A stretch of 64,000 bases of DNA from Octopus sinensis (taxonomy: Eukaryota): the NCBI RefSeq assembly GCF_006345805.1, contig NC_043008.1:78926001-78990000 (forward strand), in the 5' to 3' direction. Shown here piece after piece: positions 11,892 to 22,861 of this stretch; position 1 is the first letter of the stretch, and every line of letters begins with the position of its first letter. Under the pieces are notes generated by a model. The model saw nothing but the letters and a program-made list of their open reading frames with translations. It made no database searches and had not been told where the DNA came from. A program made the position numbers and the translations under genes.

Positions 11892-12390
11892 TCTCTTATT
11901 ATAAAAGGCAGATTTTATCTGCCTCCCTTTGGGAGTTATACAAATCTACAATATAGGATTTCTTCAATTACCTTGCATTTTTAAGAGTACAATGCATCGC
12001 GTCATGCCAGGTCCAGTTTTTAAAATTTAAACTCCAATTAAGCAAAATTTACAGAAAACTCACATTCTAGTGTGTGTGTCAAATGCTTTTCTTAGTCTGG
12101 TTTACAGCACACGCAAACGCACACACACAGTGGGCAACGAATAAAATGAAAGTAATTGACTTACTGTAGTGAGTGATTCTTTCACTCTGCCTCCCACTTC
12201 CTCTTTCCACACATAGACACGCAAATATATAAATAAAATTGTAAGCTAACGTGCGTGTGTGAGTGGGTGTGTGTGGGTGTGTGCGTGTGTGTGTGTGAGG
12301 GTGCGTTGTGTGTGTGTGTGTGTGCGTGTGCGTGAGTGTGTGACAGGAAAGTTTTTTACGACGAATATAACACCTATATCCAAGTAGCAG
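11892..12390 (+). mobile_element. Helitron-like 5' module (family H2), copy A
   Basis: Begins TC(tcttattataaaa), then perfect hairpin aggcagat-ttt-atctgcct; homologous to 14400..14698 (-), 14700..15390 (-) and 46394..47296 (+). Confidence 0.55.
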
Positions 12391-12393
12391 AAA

Positions 12394-12870
12394 GATAAGA
12401 CAGTAAGGTGTGATTTGAGGGAGATTTGGCTGCTATTTCTACCATGTCTAGCTGCCATGTAGGGGTCTCCCTCATAGGCTCATACATACATATATACATA
12501 GATAAGACAGTAAGGTGTGATTTGGGGGAAAATTTGGCTGCTATTTCTACCAGGTCTAGCTGCCCAGTAGGGGTCTCCCTCATAGTCATACATACATATA
12601 ATAGATAAGACAGTAAGGTGTGATTTGGGGGAAAATTTGGCTGCTATTTCTACCAGGTCTAGCTGCCATGTAGGGGTCTCCCTCATAGGCTCATACATAC
12701 ATATATACATAGATAAGACAGTAAGGTGTGATTTGGGGGAAATTGGCTGCTATTTCTACCAGGTCTAGCTACCATGTAGAGGTCCCCCTCATTGGCTCAT
12801 ATATATATACATACATAAGACAGTAAGGTGTGATTTGAGGGAGATTTGGCTGCTGTTTCTACCAGGTCTG
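12394..12870 (+). repeat. Tandem repeat, ~103-108 bp unit, ~4.5 copies
   Basis: Unit gataagacagtaaggtgtgatttg...ggctcatacatacatatatacata starting at 12394, 12501, 12604, 12712 and ~12814. Confidence 0.92.
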
Positions 12871-12934
12871 TTAGGCCTTCTCATGTAAACTCAAGCTTTC
12901 TCATGCCTTGAACATAAGACCAAAGCAGAGAATG

Positions 12935-13161
12935 TATTCTTTTATTCTTCTGCTTTTTCCAGCCATTGGTCTGTGGCCATGCTGGGGCAATGCCTTGAAG
13001 AATTGTAGTTTAATGAATCAACTCGTTTTATTTTTGTAAGCATTGTACTTATTCTATCTGTTTCCTTTGTCAAACCACTAGGTGACAGGGATGTAAACAA
13101 ACCAACATTCGTTGTCAAGCAGTGGTGGAGGACAATCACAAGCACAGACACGCACACACAC

Positions 13162-13196
<35 letters not shown>

Positions 13197-13200
13197 GTTG
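12935..13200 (-). mobile_element. 3' half of an octopus-type SINE (degenerate)
   Basis: Matches my recall of a common octopus SINE 3' half with internal (CA)/(TA) repeat; contains gtggccatgctggggca (12973..12989), the reverse complement of the LINE 3' UTR motif. Confidence 0.6.
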
Positions 13201-13214
13201 TGTGTATATATATA

Positions 13215-13471
13215 TTGCAGCGTGGAAGGTGTTTGTAAGCCATTTAAGAAACACACAAAAACCGTTACATTCACTTCAACATTTAAATTTAATTTGCCAA
13301 AATATTTTCGTCGCTTTGAGACCGCGACCTGTTCACTGACAAAAATATCGTGCTAACAGGTCGCGGTCTCAAAGCGATGAAAATTTTGACAAATTAAATT
13401 TAAATGTTGAAGTGAATCTAACGGTTTTTGTGTGTTTCTTAAATGGCTTATAAACACCTTCAACGCTGCAA
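13215..13471. mobile_element. Palindromic MITE (~118-bp arms, 21-bp loop)
   Basis: 13215..13333 pairs with 13355..13471 with few mismatches; diverged relatives at ~56395..56640 and ~58058..58300. Confidence 0.85.
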
Positions 13472-13629
13472 CTGTTTTCGTTCCAGCACACGATCTCAGA
13501 TCAAGTCACTTGCTATGCAAGTACATCTCTGTAACTATATATATATTTATATATATATATATATGTATATTGGTAAAAACAGTAAGATAACAAAAGAAAG
13601 AAAGAGACCTCAATATTATGTAGAGGAAA

Positions 13630-14024
13630 TCTTTATATATAAAAGTGAGGTTGTGTGTCTGTCTCCTACGATTTAGATTCCTAACTACTCCCACATTTTG
13701 CGGTGCAGTTTAACCAAAACCGGGTATCTTATAGTAGTGATTCATATCGAGACCGTCTGGGTATTAGCGCGCGTCTACGATGAGTCTACGATTTAAAAAA
13801 AAATTTACCATCAATTTTTCCCATTTTTAATCCATTTTTGACATATATAAGGGAAGTAACTCTCTAAAATTTATTATTAAATCTCAGAACGTAAAAAGCT
13901 ACAGTAACACCCCTCCCCCTTTGTGGTTAGCCATATTGAGATGGCTATTATACATTACATATCTAAAAATGCTTATATAATTATTTCCCTTACAAACCCG
14001 AGCAACGCCGGGCGATACTGCTAG
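13630..14024 (+). mobile_element. Non-autonomous Helitron (short form)
   Basis: 5' TC at 13630, 3' hairpin cccgagcaacgccggg + ctgCTAG ending 14024, A|T flanks; homologous to 4856..5253. Confidence 0.85.
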
Positions 14025-14324
14025 TTATATAATAAAATATATGCAGAGTAAAATAAAAACCAATTTACCTTTTCTGTATTGTTATTCGACCGTCCGTGTG
14101 TCTTTGCAAATGTGTTGGAATGATAAGTGAGTTGTGTTTTGGCGCCTTTTTTTACTAATAACAAACACACACGTGTTTGTATGTAGTTGTTTGAAACGTT
14201 TGTGTTTGCCACTCTCATATATGTATGTGTATGCGTGTGTGTGAGGAATGACATACACACACTCACGCACGCACACATGTACATCAATGCTTTTATGAGC
14301 GTCATAGAGAGAAACAAATATTAC

Positions 14325-14395
14325 ATCGCCATCGCCATAGCCATCGCCATCGCCATCGCCATAGCCATCGCCATCGCCATAGCCATCGCCATCGC
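14325..14395. repeat. (GCCATC/GCCATA)n hexamer microsatellite
   Basis: About 11-12 units read directly. Confidence 0.95.
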
Positions 14396-14399
14396 ATTC

Positions 14400-15390
14400 T
14401 ATTTTCTACCTGTCAACACACAGTGAATTAGTTTCAGTTTATTCATTGCACACTGTGTGTGTGCGTTTGCGTGTGCTGTAAACCAGACTAAGAAAAGCAT
14501 TTGACACACACACCAGAATGTGAGTTTTCTGTAAATTTTGCTTAATTGGAGTTTAAATTTTAAAAACTGGACCTGGCATGACGCGATGCATTGTACTCTT
14601 AAAAATGCTAGGTAAATTGTAATTGAAGAAATCCTATATTGTAGATTTGTATAACTCCCAAAGGGAGGCAGATAAAATCTGCCTTTTATAATAAGAGATA
14701 TTTTCGTCCTAAAAAACTTTGTATGGATTGAATGGTTACCTCTATGGAAATATATACACGCACATTATACATACATGTGTGTATAGATGAATATATAAAT
14801 ACATTTAAATATCTATATACACTTTTGGGCGATCTTTCTGTTTCTTAGAGATAACTTTAGATCTTATATTCGTCCTAAAAAACTTTCCTGTCACACACAC
14901 GCACACACACACACACACACACGCACCCTCACACACACACACGCACACACACACACACACACACGTTAGCTTACAATTTTATTTATATAGTTGCGTGTCT
15001 ATGTGTGTAAAGAGGAAGTGGGAATGCAGAGTGAAAGAGTCACTCACTACAAAAAGTGAATTACTTTCACTTTAATCGTTGCACACTTGCAAAGAGGAAG
15101 GAGAAATTAGTGTGATAGCGTCAGTGAAACAGTTCGCTCCGTTTGTGTGTGTGTGCGTGTGCGTGTGCTGTAGCCCACACTAAGAAAAGCATTTGACTTA
15201 TACACCACAATGTGAGTTTTCTCTAAATTTTGCTTAATTGGGGTTGAAATTTTAAAAACCGGACCTGGCACGACCCGATGCATTCTACTCTTAAAAATGC
15301 TAGGTAAATTGTAATTGAAGAAATCCTATATTGTAGATTTCTATAAGAGACAAAGGGAGGCAGATAAAATCTGCCTTTTATAATAAGAGA
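14400..15390 (-). mobile_element. Two tandem Helitron-like H2 modules (5' ends at 15390 and 14698)
   Basis: Both start tctcttattataaaaggcagattttatctgcct on the minus strand; 14700..15390 closely matches 46394..47296. Confidence 0.6.
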
Positions 15391-15941
15391 TAGATATTTG
15401 CAAATTATAAAGATTATAAAAAAAATATACAGTACGGTATTGTTTCTACTTTGCGGATTTTCACCTATCACAGGAGGTTTTGGAACATAACACCCATAAT
15501 AGTCAAGGGATTACTGTACTCTTAACCAAGTTCTTCTCTTGCAGCCTTCTCACTAGGAACATTGTATTTGTGGTAATTGATGCTAAACTGAATTTCATCT
15601 AGTTTACTCTGTAATATTATTAGTAATATAACGTTTTCTATGACTTTCATATCCTGGTCTCTAAAACATCTCCTTTGCCTTTGTAGCAGTTTATGATGAC
15701 ACTGCATCAGCAGTTATCAGGTATGACACCTTCCTGCATTACTTGATAAACTATCCAGATGGTAATCACATACCGTACATCACCAAATATTTTGAGTGTC
15801 TTTTCAATATTGTTGGTTCTTTTGTAGGGTCAGCATGTAGCAACCCCTATTTATCCCACCATGTATTCTCCACACTCAACAGCCTTTCCTGTAGCCCTTT
15901 CATGCCACTTCTTTGTCTTCCATATTAATTTCAAGTTTGCC

Positions 15942-15975
<34 letters not shown>

Positions 15976-16257
15976 CATGTACTTTCTGAAATAAACATGC
16001 ACTTATTTTTAAAAGCTATGAGGAGGTTGTAAGGTGATGCCCAAGCACTCAACCAAGAATGCACTGCTTCTTGTAGCAGAAACAACTGTATACCAACGAA
16101 GTTGATTATGTAATTCCTGGTCCATTGTCTTCCATTAATTCATATTATGCTCTATACTCATAGAATGAATCTCAAAGTATACCTAATACTATAAATAATA
16201 GCATGTGAAATTGAGTTGGAAAAATCCTTTTTGGTAAAAATAGAAGGCTGTTATTTA

Positions 16258-17518
16258 CAGGGTGCCCCAGAAAGATTTACCCATATTTAAAACTCTTCCT
16301 AAAGAATATTGGTTCAGGTAATTATTATCTACATTTTACATAAAGATTTGCATATGTCTTTTGTTCATGTTCCTATTGTTTTATTTGTCTATAAGAGATT
16401 TGTAAACAAACATAGCATCAAAAGCAAAACATGACCAGCTTGTCACTTTGAAAACAGTTGGAGTGAGTAACAAGGGCAGAACAAAACAATGTGTGACATA
16501 AAACAATGTTCAATACCTGGAAACGATATATGGAGTTTGCTACTACCTATAGCAAGCCAATTCCTGGTAGGAAATGATCAATTCATACCAAACAAACTGC
16601 TGAAGCTGTGAAGAAGCAAATGTACTGAAATCTCTGCAGGAGTGCAAGAAAAACGGCAAAAACATTTGATATTTTGAAATCGTCAATGTACAAGATTTTT
16701 TAAGAAGATTTAAAGCTAACTGCATACAAGAAACAATCCTGATAGTTATTTTCAGTAGTTTCCAAGAAGAAACAGCTCAACAGGAGTAAAACTATGTCAG
16801 CTGAGATGAAGCACACCACAAACAAAATGTTGATCTGGTCCAATGAGATCTTCATTATGGAGACAGTTACCAAGAGGCAGAATGACATACTTTATGCATG
16901 TAATGCAGGAGACTTGCCTGAAGGTAGCAGGAGTCATGTATACCATCAGAATCCAGCTTCACTCATGGTATGGGCAGCAGTTGCATCTGATAGGTCCAAG
17001 TCTCCTTTGGTTCCCATTGATGCTAGCATCAAGGTCAACAGTGATGTTTATGTGGAAATGTTGGAGAAAGTGTTACCCTGGGTCACAGAAACCTTTGGTG
17101 ACCGTTACATCTTCACTCAAGATGGGGTTCCATCCCACACATCCAATTTGACACAGAGGTGGTACAAAGAGCATTTCAGCAGTTTTGGGGACAAGACAAT
17201 TTGGCCTTCCTCAAGTCCAGACATCAATCTCATGGACTTTGCTATCTGGTCAATCTTATTCAAATGTGACAGATCCGAAAAATGACCTTTTGTCTTCATG
17301 GGTCAAGTTGGATGAAGAGTTAGTATGGTGCTCATGCAACTCAGTGACCACTCATTTGCAGGCTATGATCAAGGTGAAAGGTGGTCATTTTGAAATGTAA
17401 TTACTGCAATGGATTAACAATTTACATTAGAACATGTGTGCCAAATTTCATTATCCTACTTAAAGTTTATTTTGAATAATTAGGAAATATCAATGGGTAA
17501 ATCTTTTTGGGACACATA
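16258..17518 (+). mobile_element. Degenerate Tc1/mariner-superfamily maT (DD37D) transposon
   Basis: TA + ~27-bp TIR cagggtgccccagaaagatttacccat / atgggtaaatctttttgggacac; ORF remnant 16794..17285 with WSNE, VWAAV, FTQDG-x-WPSSSPDINLMDF, 37 residues between the 2nd and 3rd D. Confidence 0.85.
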
Positions 17519-17984
17519 GTTTTATGAGTGCTTTGAGATTCATTCCAAAACAATTATTTCACATTCTCTTGAATGTTTTAAATTTGTATGATGTCAATAA
17601 TATGTGTATTTGTGTGTGTGTGTGTGTGTGTGTGAAAAATTATTTCATGTTTGCATGTTGTACAAGCATGTAGCATTGCAATCAAAATGTACAGATATCT
17701 CTTCAAGCCCTAAGGCAAAGGAATAGTGGCAACATGTGCAGGCTTATGCCCATTTAACGTCACTATGTTGATAACAGAACTGCAACTGTTATAGTAAGGT
17801 CACAAACATCTGAGCATCCCTCTCTAGGATAACACTGCTCACTCAGGAATCTGGGAAGAGACTGGAAATGTGACCCAAACAAATGACTTTTCAACCATAA
17901 AGCTGTTCAGCAACCCACAGTTTATAGCTGTTCACAACAGCAGAAGAAACACAAAAATAAAATCCTCTAGTAAGAAATATGTAT

Positions 17985-18500
17985 TATGGTTGGGAATGTA
18001 AAATGTTAGGACACTTCTTGATTGTGAAAGGTGAAGTAACCTTGAACAACAAACTGGCATGATAGTGAAAGAGTTGACTCAGTACAACATTGTCATTGCT
18101 GCACTCTCAGAAACTCAATTGAGTGATGAAGACCAGTTGACAGAAATATGTGTTGGATACACCTTCTGGAAGGTTAAGCCAGAAGATGTGTATTGTTTTT
18201 GCCATTTGGGCAGAATTAACCAACCAACTAGAACAACTTCATAGTTTTTGATAGAACATGTACTTTCAAGTTTCTTTATCATGCAACTATTTTATGAAAG
18301 TTTTTTTCTGTTTATGCACCCAATTTTGACAACAGTAATGAATCTATCATAGCTTTTTAGTTGTAATATTGATCCAAAATGCAGATAACATTCACATGTT
18401 TGGTGAGTTCAGTGGTTGAATTGGATGCGATCATTAGATTTGGTATGCACTGGGGAAGATGAACAATAATGGTCTTCACCTTCTTCAGCTTCAGATACAT
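17985..18500 (+). mobile_element. Old RTE/BovB-type LINE fragment (APE N-terminus)
   Basis: WEC..VRTLLD...ELTQYNIVIAALSETQLSDEDQLTE..VGYTFW, typical RTE APE start; heavily frameshifted. Confidence 0.7.
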
Positions 18501-19229
18501 CCAAGATTAAACGTGGACATATTTTTGATTACATTATCATCAGGAAATGAGATCTTCGGATGGTGTGCACTGTTAAAGTCATGTAAGGGGAAGAGTGGCA
18601 AATTAAAATTCTACACCATACATAAAATAAAAATTAGAGAATAAAAATTCTTAAATATATTGACATGTTGAAATCGAAGGGCTCAAATGTGCATGAAAAT
18701 CTTCAAAAAGCTATAACGAAGTTGAATTTGACAGAACTTGGGATCAGTTTACAACCAAGAGTTACAATGTCAGGGTGAGGTTCTTGGTGTCAGAAAAAGA
18801 AAACATTAATATCAGGATTGGTTTAATGAAAATTATTCTCAAATCACTAAACTTCTCGAAGATAAAAATATGTTCCAGCAAAAATAACTCAGTACACCAG
18901 ATAAAGATCCAAAGTCTTTATTACAGAGTCTCAGAGAGTTAAAATTGTCACACCAGTTCAAAATACATGAAAAACCAGTGATAGTCAGACATTTCCAAGA
19001 AAACTCAGAAAGATCACAACAATAAAGGTTGATAAACGCTATATCACTTGATGAGATAAGTATTTCGTTCTCAGTCTTCATCTGTAGTATCACAAGAAGG
19101 TGAGAATAAAGGAAATGATCCGATATTTGTATTCCACATTTAATCCAAAATCACTCGGGCATTTTTCAATGTTAATAATTTTTGTGTCATTGCTGAGACT
19201 AAAGAATTTTCAGTGATGCTTTTCACAAC

Positions 19230-19400
19230 TGTGGCACTTATTTCAATATGTCCCCGTTTTTTTCAATTTTAATTCTGTATCCTGAACAGTATTTCTCAAG
19301 TATCTTTATTTTGATCCCACATACAATCCTGTTTCTGATTAAATCATCCTATAAATTTAAATTTTCAGTCTTTAGCTTCAGATTTCTCTGATGGTAACTG
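19230..19400 (-). pseudogene. Possible very degenerate Gypsy gag fragment
   Basis: Minus-strand frame DDLIRNRIVCGIK resembles the gag LIRDRIVCGI motif; flanks are broken. Confidence 0.35.
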
Positions 19401-20199
19401 ATTTCTCTTCATCTCCATCATCATCATCATCATCATTTAATGTCCATCTTCCATGCATGCATGGGTAGGTCGGTTGACAGGAGCTGGCCATGTTGAAAAA
19501 CTACCCTGTGCTACTGTGACTATTTTGGCAGGGATTTTACAGTTGGATGCGGAGTGAATTCATTGCTTTTTATGTGGCACTAGCACAGGTGAGGTTAGTT
19601 TTGGCATGACTTTTGGATGTCTGCTAAAAACAAAAATAAGAACGGGATATATGTAATATTTTTCTCTTAGAGCAACAGTACTCTTGAAACTTTGTCTAAA
19701 CAGTTATAATTTTAATTATTGTCTAGGTTTCCAAATTCAAAAACATTAAATATCTGTTGTGTTTGGGAACTGGCAACAAAGATTACCATAGAAAGTTGTA
19801 TCTTTTCAGCAATTCCTGCAGCAAGTGAAGAAATATTGTATTGTTGTTACCAGACCTTGTAATTTTGATCTAGATTTCTTTCAAAGCTTAAGATTTTTGA
19901 AGTGCTTCAAATTCAATTGTATTTTTTTAATGATTCCAGGGTACTCCACTTTTGAAACACTTTATACACATGTAAATAAAGTTAAGCAAAACCAATAAAC
20001 TTCAACAAAAGAAGAAATACATATCTTCATGTTTAGCCTAGCTCAGTAGGTTATCTTATTCTCACGCCATGTTATATGGTACTATACAGACATATAAATA
20101 ATAGACAAAATAAGTGTGATTTTACTAATCAGGCAGCCATTGTTAAATGCAGATCTGCACTGAATATTTTATAAAAATATGATTGGTTAAATAAAAAAT

Positions 20200-20760
20200 A
20201 AATGACACATAAGGAAAGTAACTCAATACATTACAGGTAGATGTTTGGAGAGCACAGTAGGCAGAGTAAGAATGGACAGGTAAAAGTTCAGGGAGCTATT
20301 AACATTTTGGCAATGAAAGGCTTTTCTTTAAGGAAAATTGGTAGATTGTGTGATGCATGTATGTAAAGTGAAATGTAGCATGATAGTGAAATAAATACAG
20401 AAGATCTATAGAGATGGAACAAGCATACTTCATTGGTTGTGTATTATTCATGTATTAGCATACATGAATAATGGAGTAGTTGAGAAAAAACTTGATTTAA
20501 GTGGAATCAGATGAAGTGCACAAGATAAAGGCCGTATTGGTATGGACATGTGATGTGTATGGAGGATGACAGTTGTATAAAGAAGTGTCATGCACTGAAA
20601 ATGAATGGAACCTATGGAAGAGGGCACCCAAGAAAGATCTGAGATGAAGTTGTGAAGAAAAACCTCAAGATGTTGCATCTCAAGGATAAGATGACAAGTC
20701 ACCTTGTTGAGTATCAATTCACAAAGATAGAAAAGATCTGACCATAGAAGGCACAAACAG
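20200..20760 (+). mobile_element. Degenerate RTE-type LINE 3' coding fragment
   Basis: Recoverable peptide pieces GFSLRK.GRL.DAC, YWYGHVMCMEDDSCIKKCHALKMNGTYGRGHPRK..DEVVKK, typical RTE C-terminus. Confidence 0.7.
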
Positions 20761-21029
20761 AATGCAAACACAATGGAAAGAGAGAGACAAAACTTGTGGT
20801 AATGATATAAACTGAGATAATATGTTATATATATCATTCAATATCCACTTCTATGCTTCCATGGGTTAGACAAAATTTGTTGGGGTAGATTTTCTATAGC
20901 CAGATGCCCTTCTTGTTGCCAGCCTTCATGTTTCCAAATAAATATTTTCTTGTGACTATACATGTTTCACTGGAAACAAAGGACACTGCTTATATGATGG
21001 TGAATCTCATTAACATCTACCAGGTGATG

Positions 21030-21057
21030 TCAAGAAGACAGTAACAAACACACACAT

Positions 21058-21089
<32 letters not shown>

Positions 21090-21210
21090 CTGGCTTTTTT
21101 CAGTTTTCATCTACCAAATCAACTCACAAGGCTTTGGTCAGTCTGGGGCTATATTCAAAGACACTTGCCACACAGCAGCATGTGGTTGGGAAGTCAACTT
21201 CTTACAACAC
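21030..21210 (-). mobile_element. 5' half of octopus-type tRNA-derived SINE (degenerate)
   Basis: tctaccaaatcaactcacaaggctttggtc...gacacttgcc...catgtggttgg...cacagcc matches my recall of an abundant octopus SINE. Confidence 0.55.
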
Positions 21211-22578
21211 AGCCATCTACGTATGTATGTACATTTGGATTATTTGAATGTAGGTGTGTGTGTGTATATATATATATCATCGTTGTTATCACTTTTTAAC
21301 ATTCATCTTCTATGCTGGCTGGGGTTGGATGGTTTGACAGTAACTGGCAAACCAGAAGACTGAGCTAGGCTCTTCTATCTGCTTTGACATGGTTTCTACG
21401 GCTGGTTGTCCTTCCTAATATCAGTCATTTTACAGAATGTACCACATGCATTTTACATGGCATCAGCACCAGGAAGGTCACCAAATAACTTGAAATACAT
21501 GAATCTTGCCTCAGCTGAGTTGGGAGTGAGAGGTGGCTTTGTACCAGGTGATGAGAGGTTAGAGTAAGAAAGAGGTACAAAAACATATGTCTTGCTGTAG
21601 AAGAGATACATGACTAACTCAGTTGGTAAAAGAATACAGTTACATATGTATTTACATGCATATGTGTGTTGTGTGTGTGCACGTGCACACTCATGTGTAT
21701 ATGCTAAGCCTATTATTGTTGCCACCTCCGCATTTTTATCCCTTTTAATCTCCCTAATAGCAATTTTCCTGTCACCTCCACCCTCAACACACTCTGGCCC
21801 ATCTTAAAGCCTATGTAGAGGAGTCTACACTAGACTAATTATATGCAGAACATTCTACATTCACCTTCCCCTCATGCACTGCCACCAACCACCCTGTTTT
21901 ACCCTATCTTCCATTATACTCATGTTCTTTTAATGAATGCATCCTGGGTCTCTGTCATCATTTTATCTCTTGGGATACATTGCTTTCTGTCATCACTTTG
22001 TTCTCTTGGCCCAGCTCTTAAATGTCTATACCTGTCTCAGAATACTGAGTATCTCTATTATTCATCCTCCAATTGTGATTGGAGTCTTATCACTTATTGC
22101 TGTCATCTTTCTTGCTTGTTATTCTAAAGATGTTGGTGATACAGCAACAGAATTTAGTCAATAGAAATGCCCTTAATTGAAGTCAGAACTAATTTCCAAA
22201 GAAAAACATTTTTTTACAGTGCAGTAAAAGGAATGTCACAAATACTCAAGTGTTAATATACCCCATTATTATATAAAGATAGAGCAGCAGCATTGCATTT
22301 TCAGTAACAGTACTTGTATAAACATTTTGGATACTTAACTGGAATATAGAAATCTACTTACAATAATAAATCTCTGGGCGAGATATAAACAGTAACTGCT
22401 CTATAACATAAGAGGGATCAGCCATCTGAATGTGGCTAGGGTCAGGGCGGGGTGGTGGGGGTGTTACTGATGCATTTAGCCCCAGGCGAACATCGACGTC
22501 ACCAGAAGAGCTGACACCATCTCGGTGTCCTTGCCAGCCAGCAAAGGGAGATCAGCCTCCCCGAAGATACGGATACTA

Positions 22579-22621
22579 CACACGGACCGGTTTCGAGGTT
22601 ATTGCCTCTTGTCAACGTATG
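22579..22621 (-). ncRNA. Identical hammerhead candidate on the opposite strand
   Basis: Exact reverse complement of 22819..22861. Confidence 0.7.
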
Positions 22622-22818
22622 GTAAGCACCCACCCTGACCCTAGCCACATTCAGATGGCTGATCCCTCTTATGTTATAGAGCAGTTACTGTTTATATCTC
22701 GCCCAGAGATTTATTATTGTTTTCGAACAGATTTTCTACGCCAGTGACTGTGGTTACTGTGAAAATCTATATATATCCAGCCGATAGAGGAAGTCCCTCA
22801 ACGAAGAGCGGTGCTTAC

Positions 22819-22861
22819 CATACGTTGACAAGAGGCAATAACCTCGAAACCGGTCCGTGTG
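22819..22861 (+). ncRNA. Candidate minimal type I hammerhead ribozyme, U3-A8 core variant
   Basis: Stem I catacg/cgtgtg; core UUGACAA; stem II GAGG-caataa-CCTC; GAA; palindromic stem III ACCGGU; GUC cleavage triplet ending at 22855. Confidence 0.7.

Noticed and set aside
18600-19100. Partly open frames that might be a host exon
   Set aside because: Stops in the plausible frames, no recognisable protein motif and no convincing splice pair.
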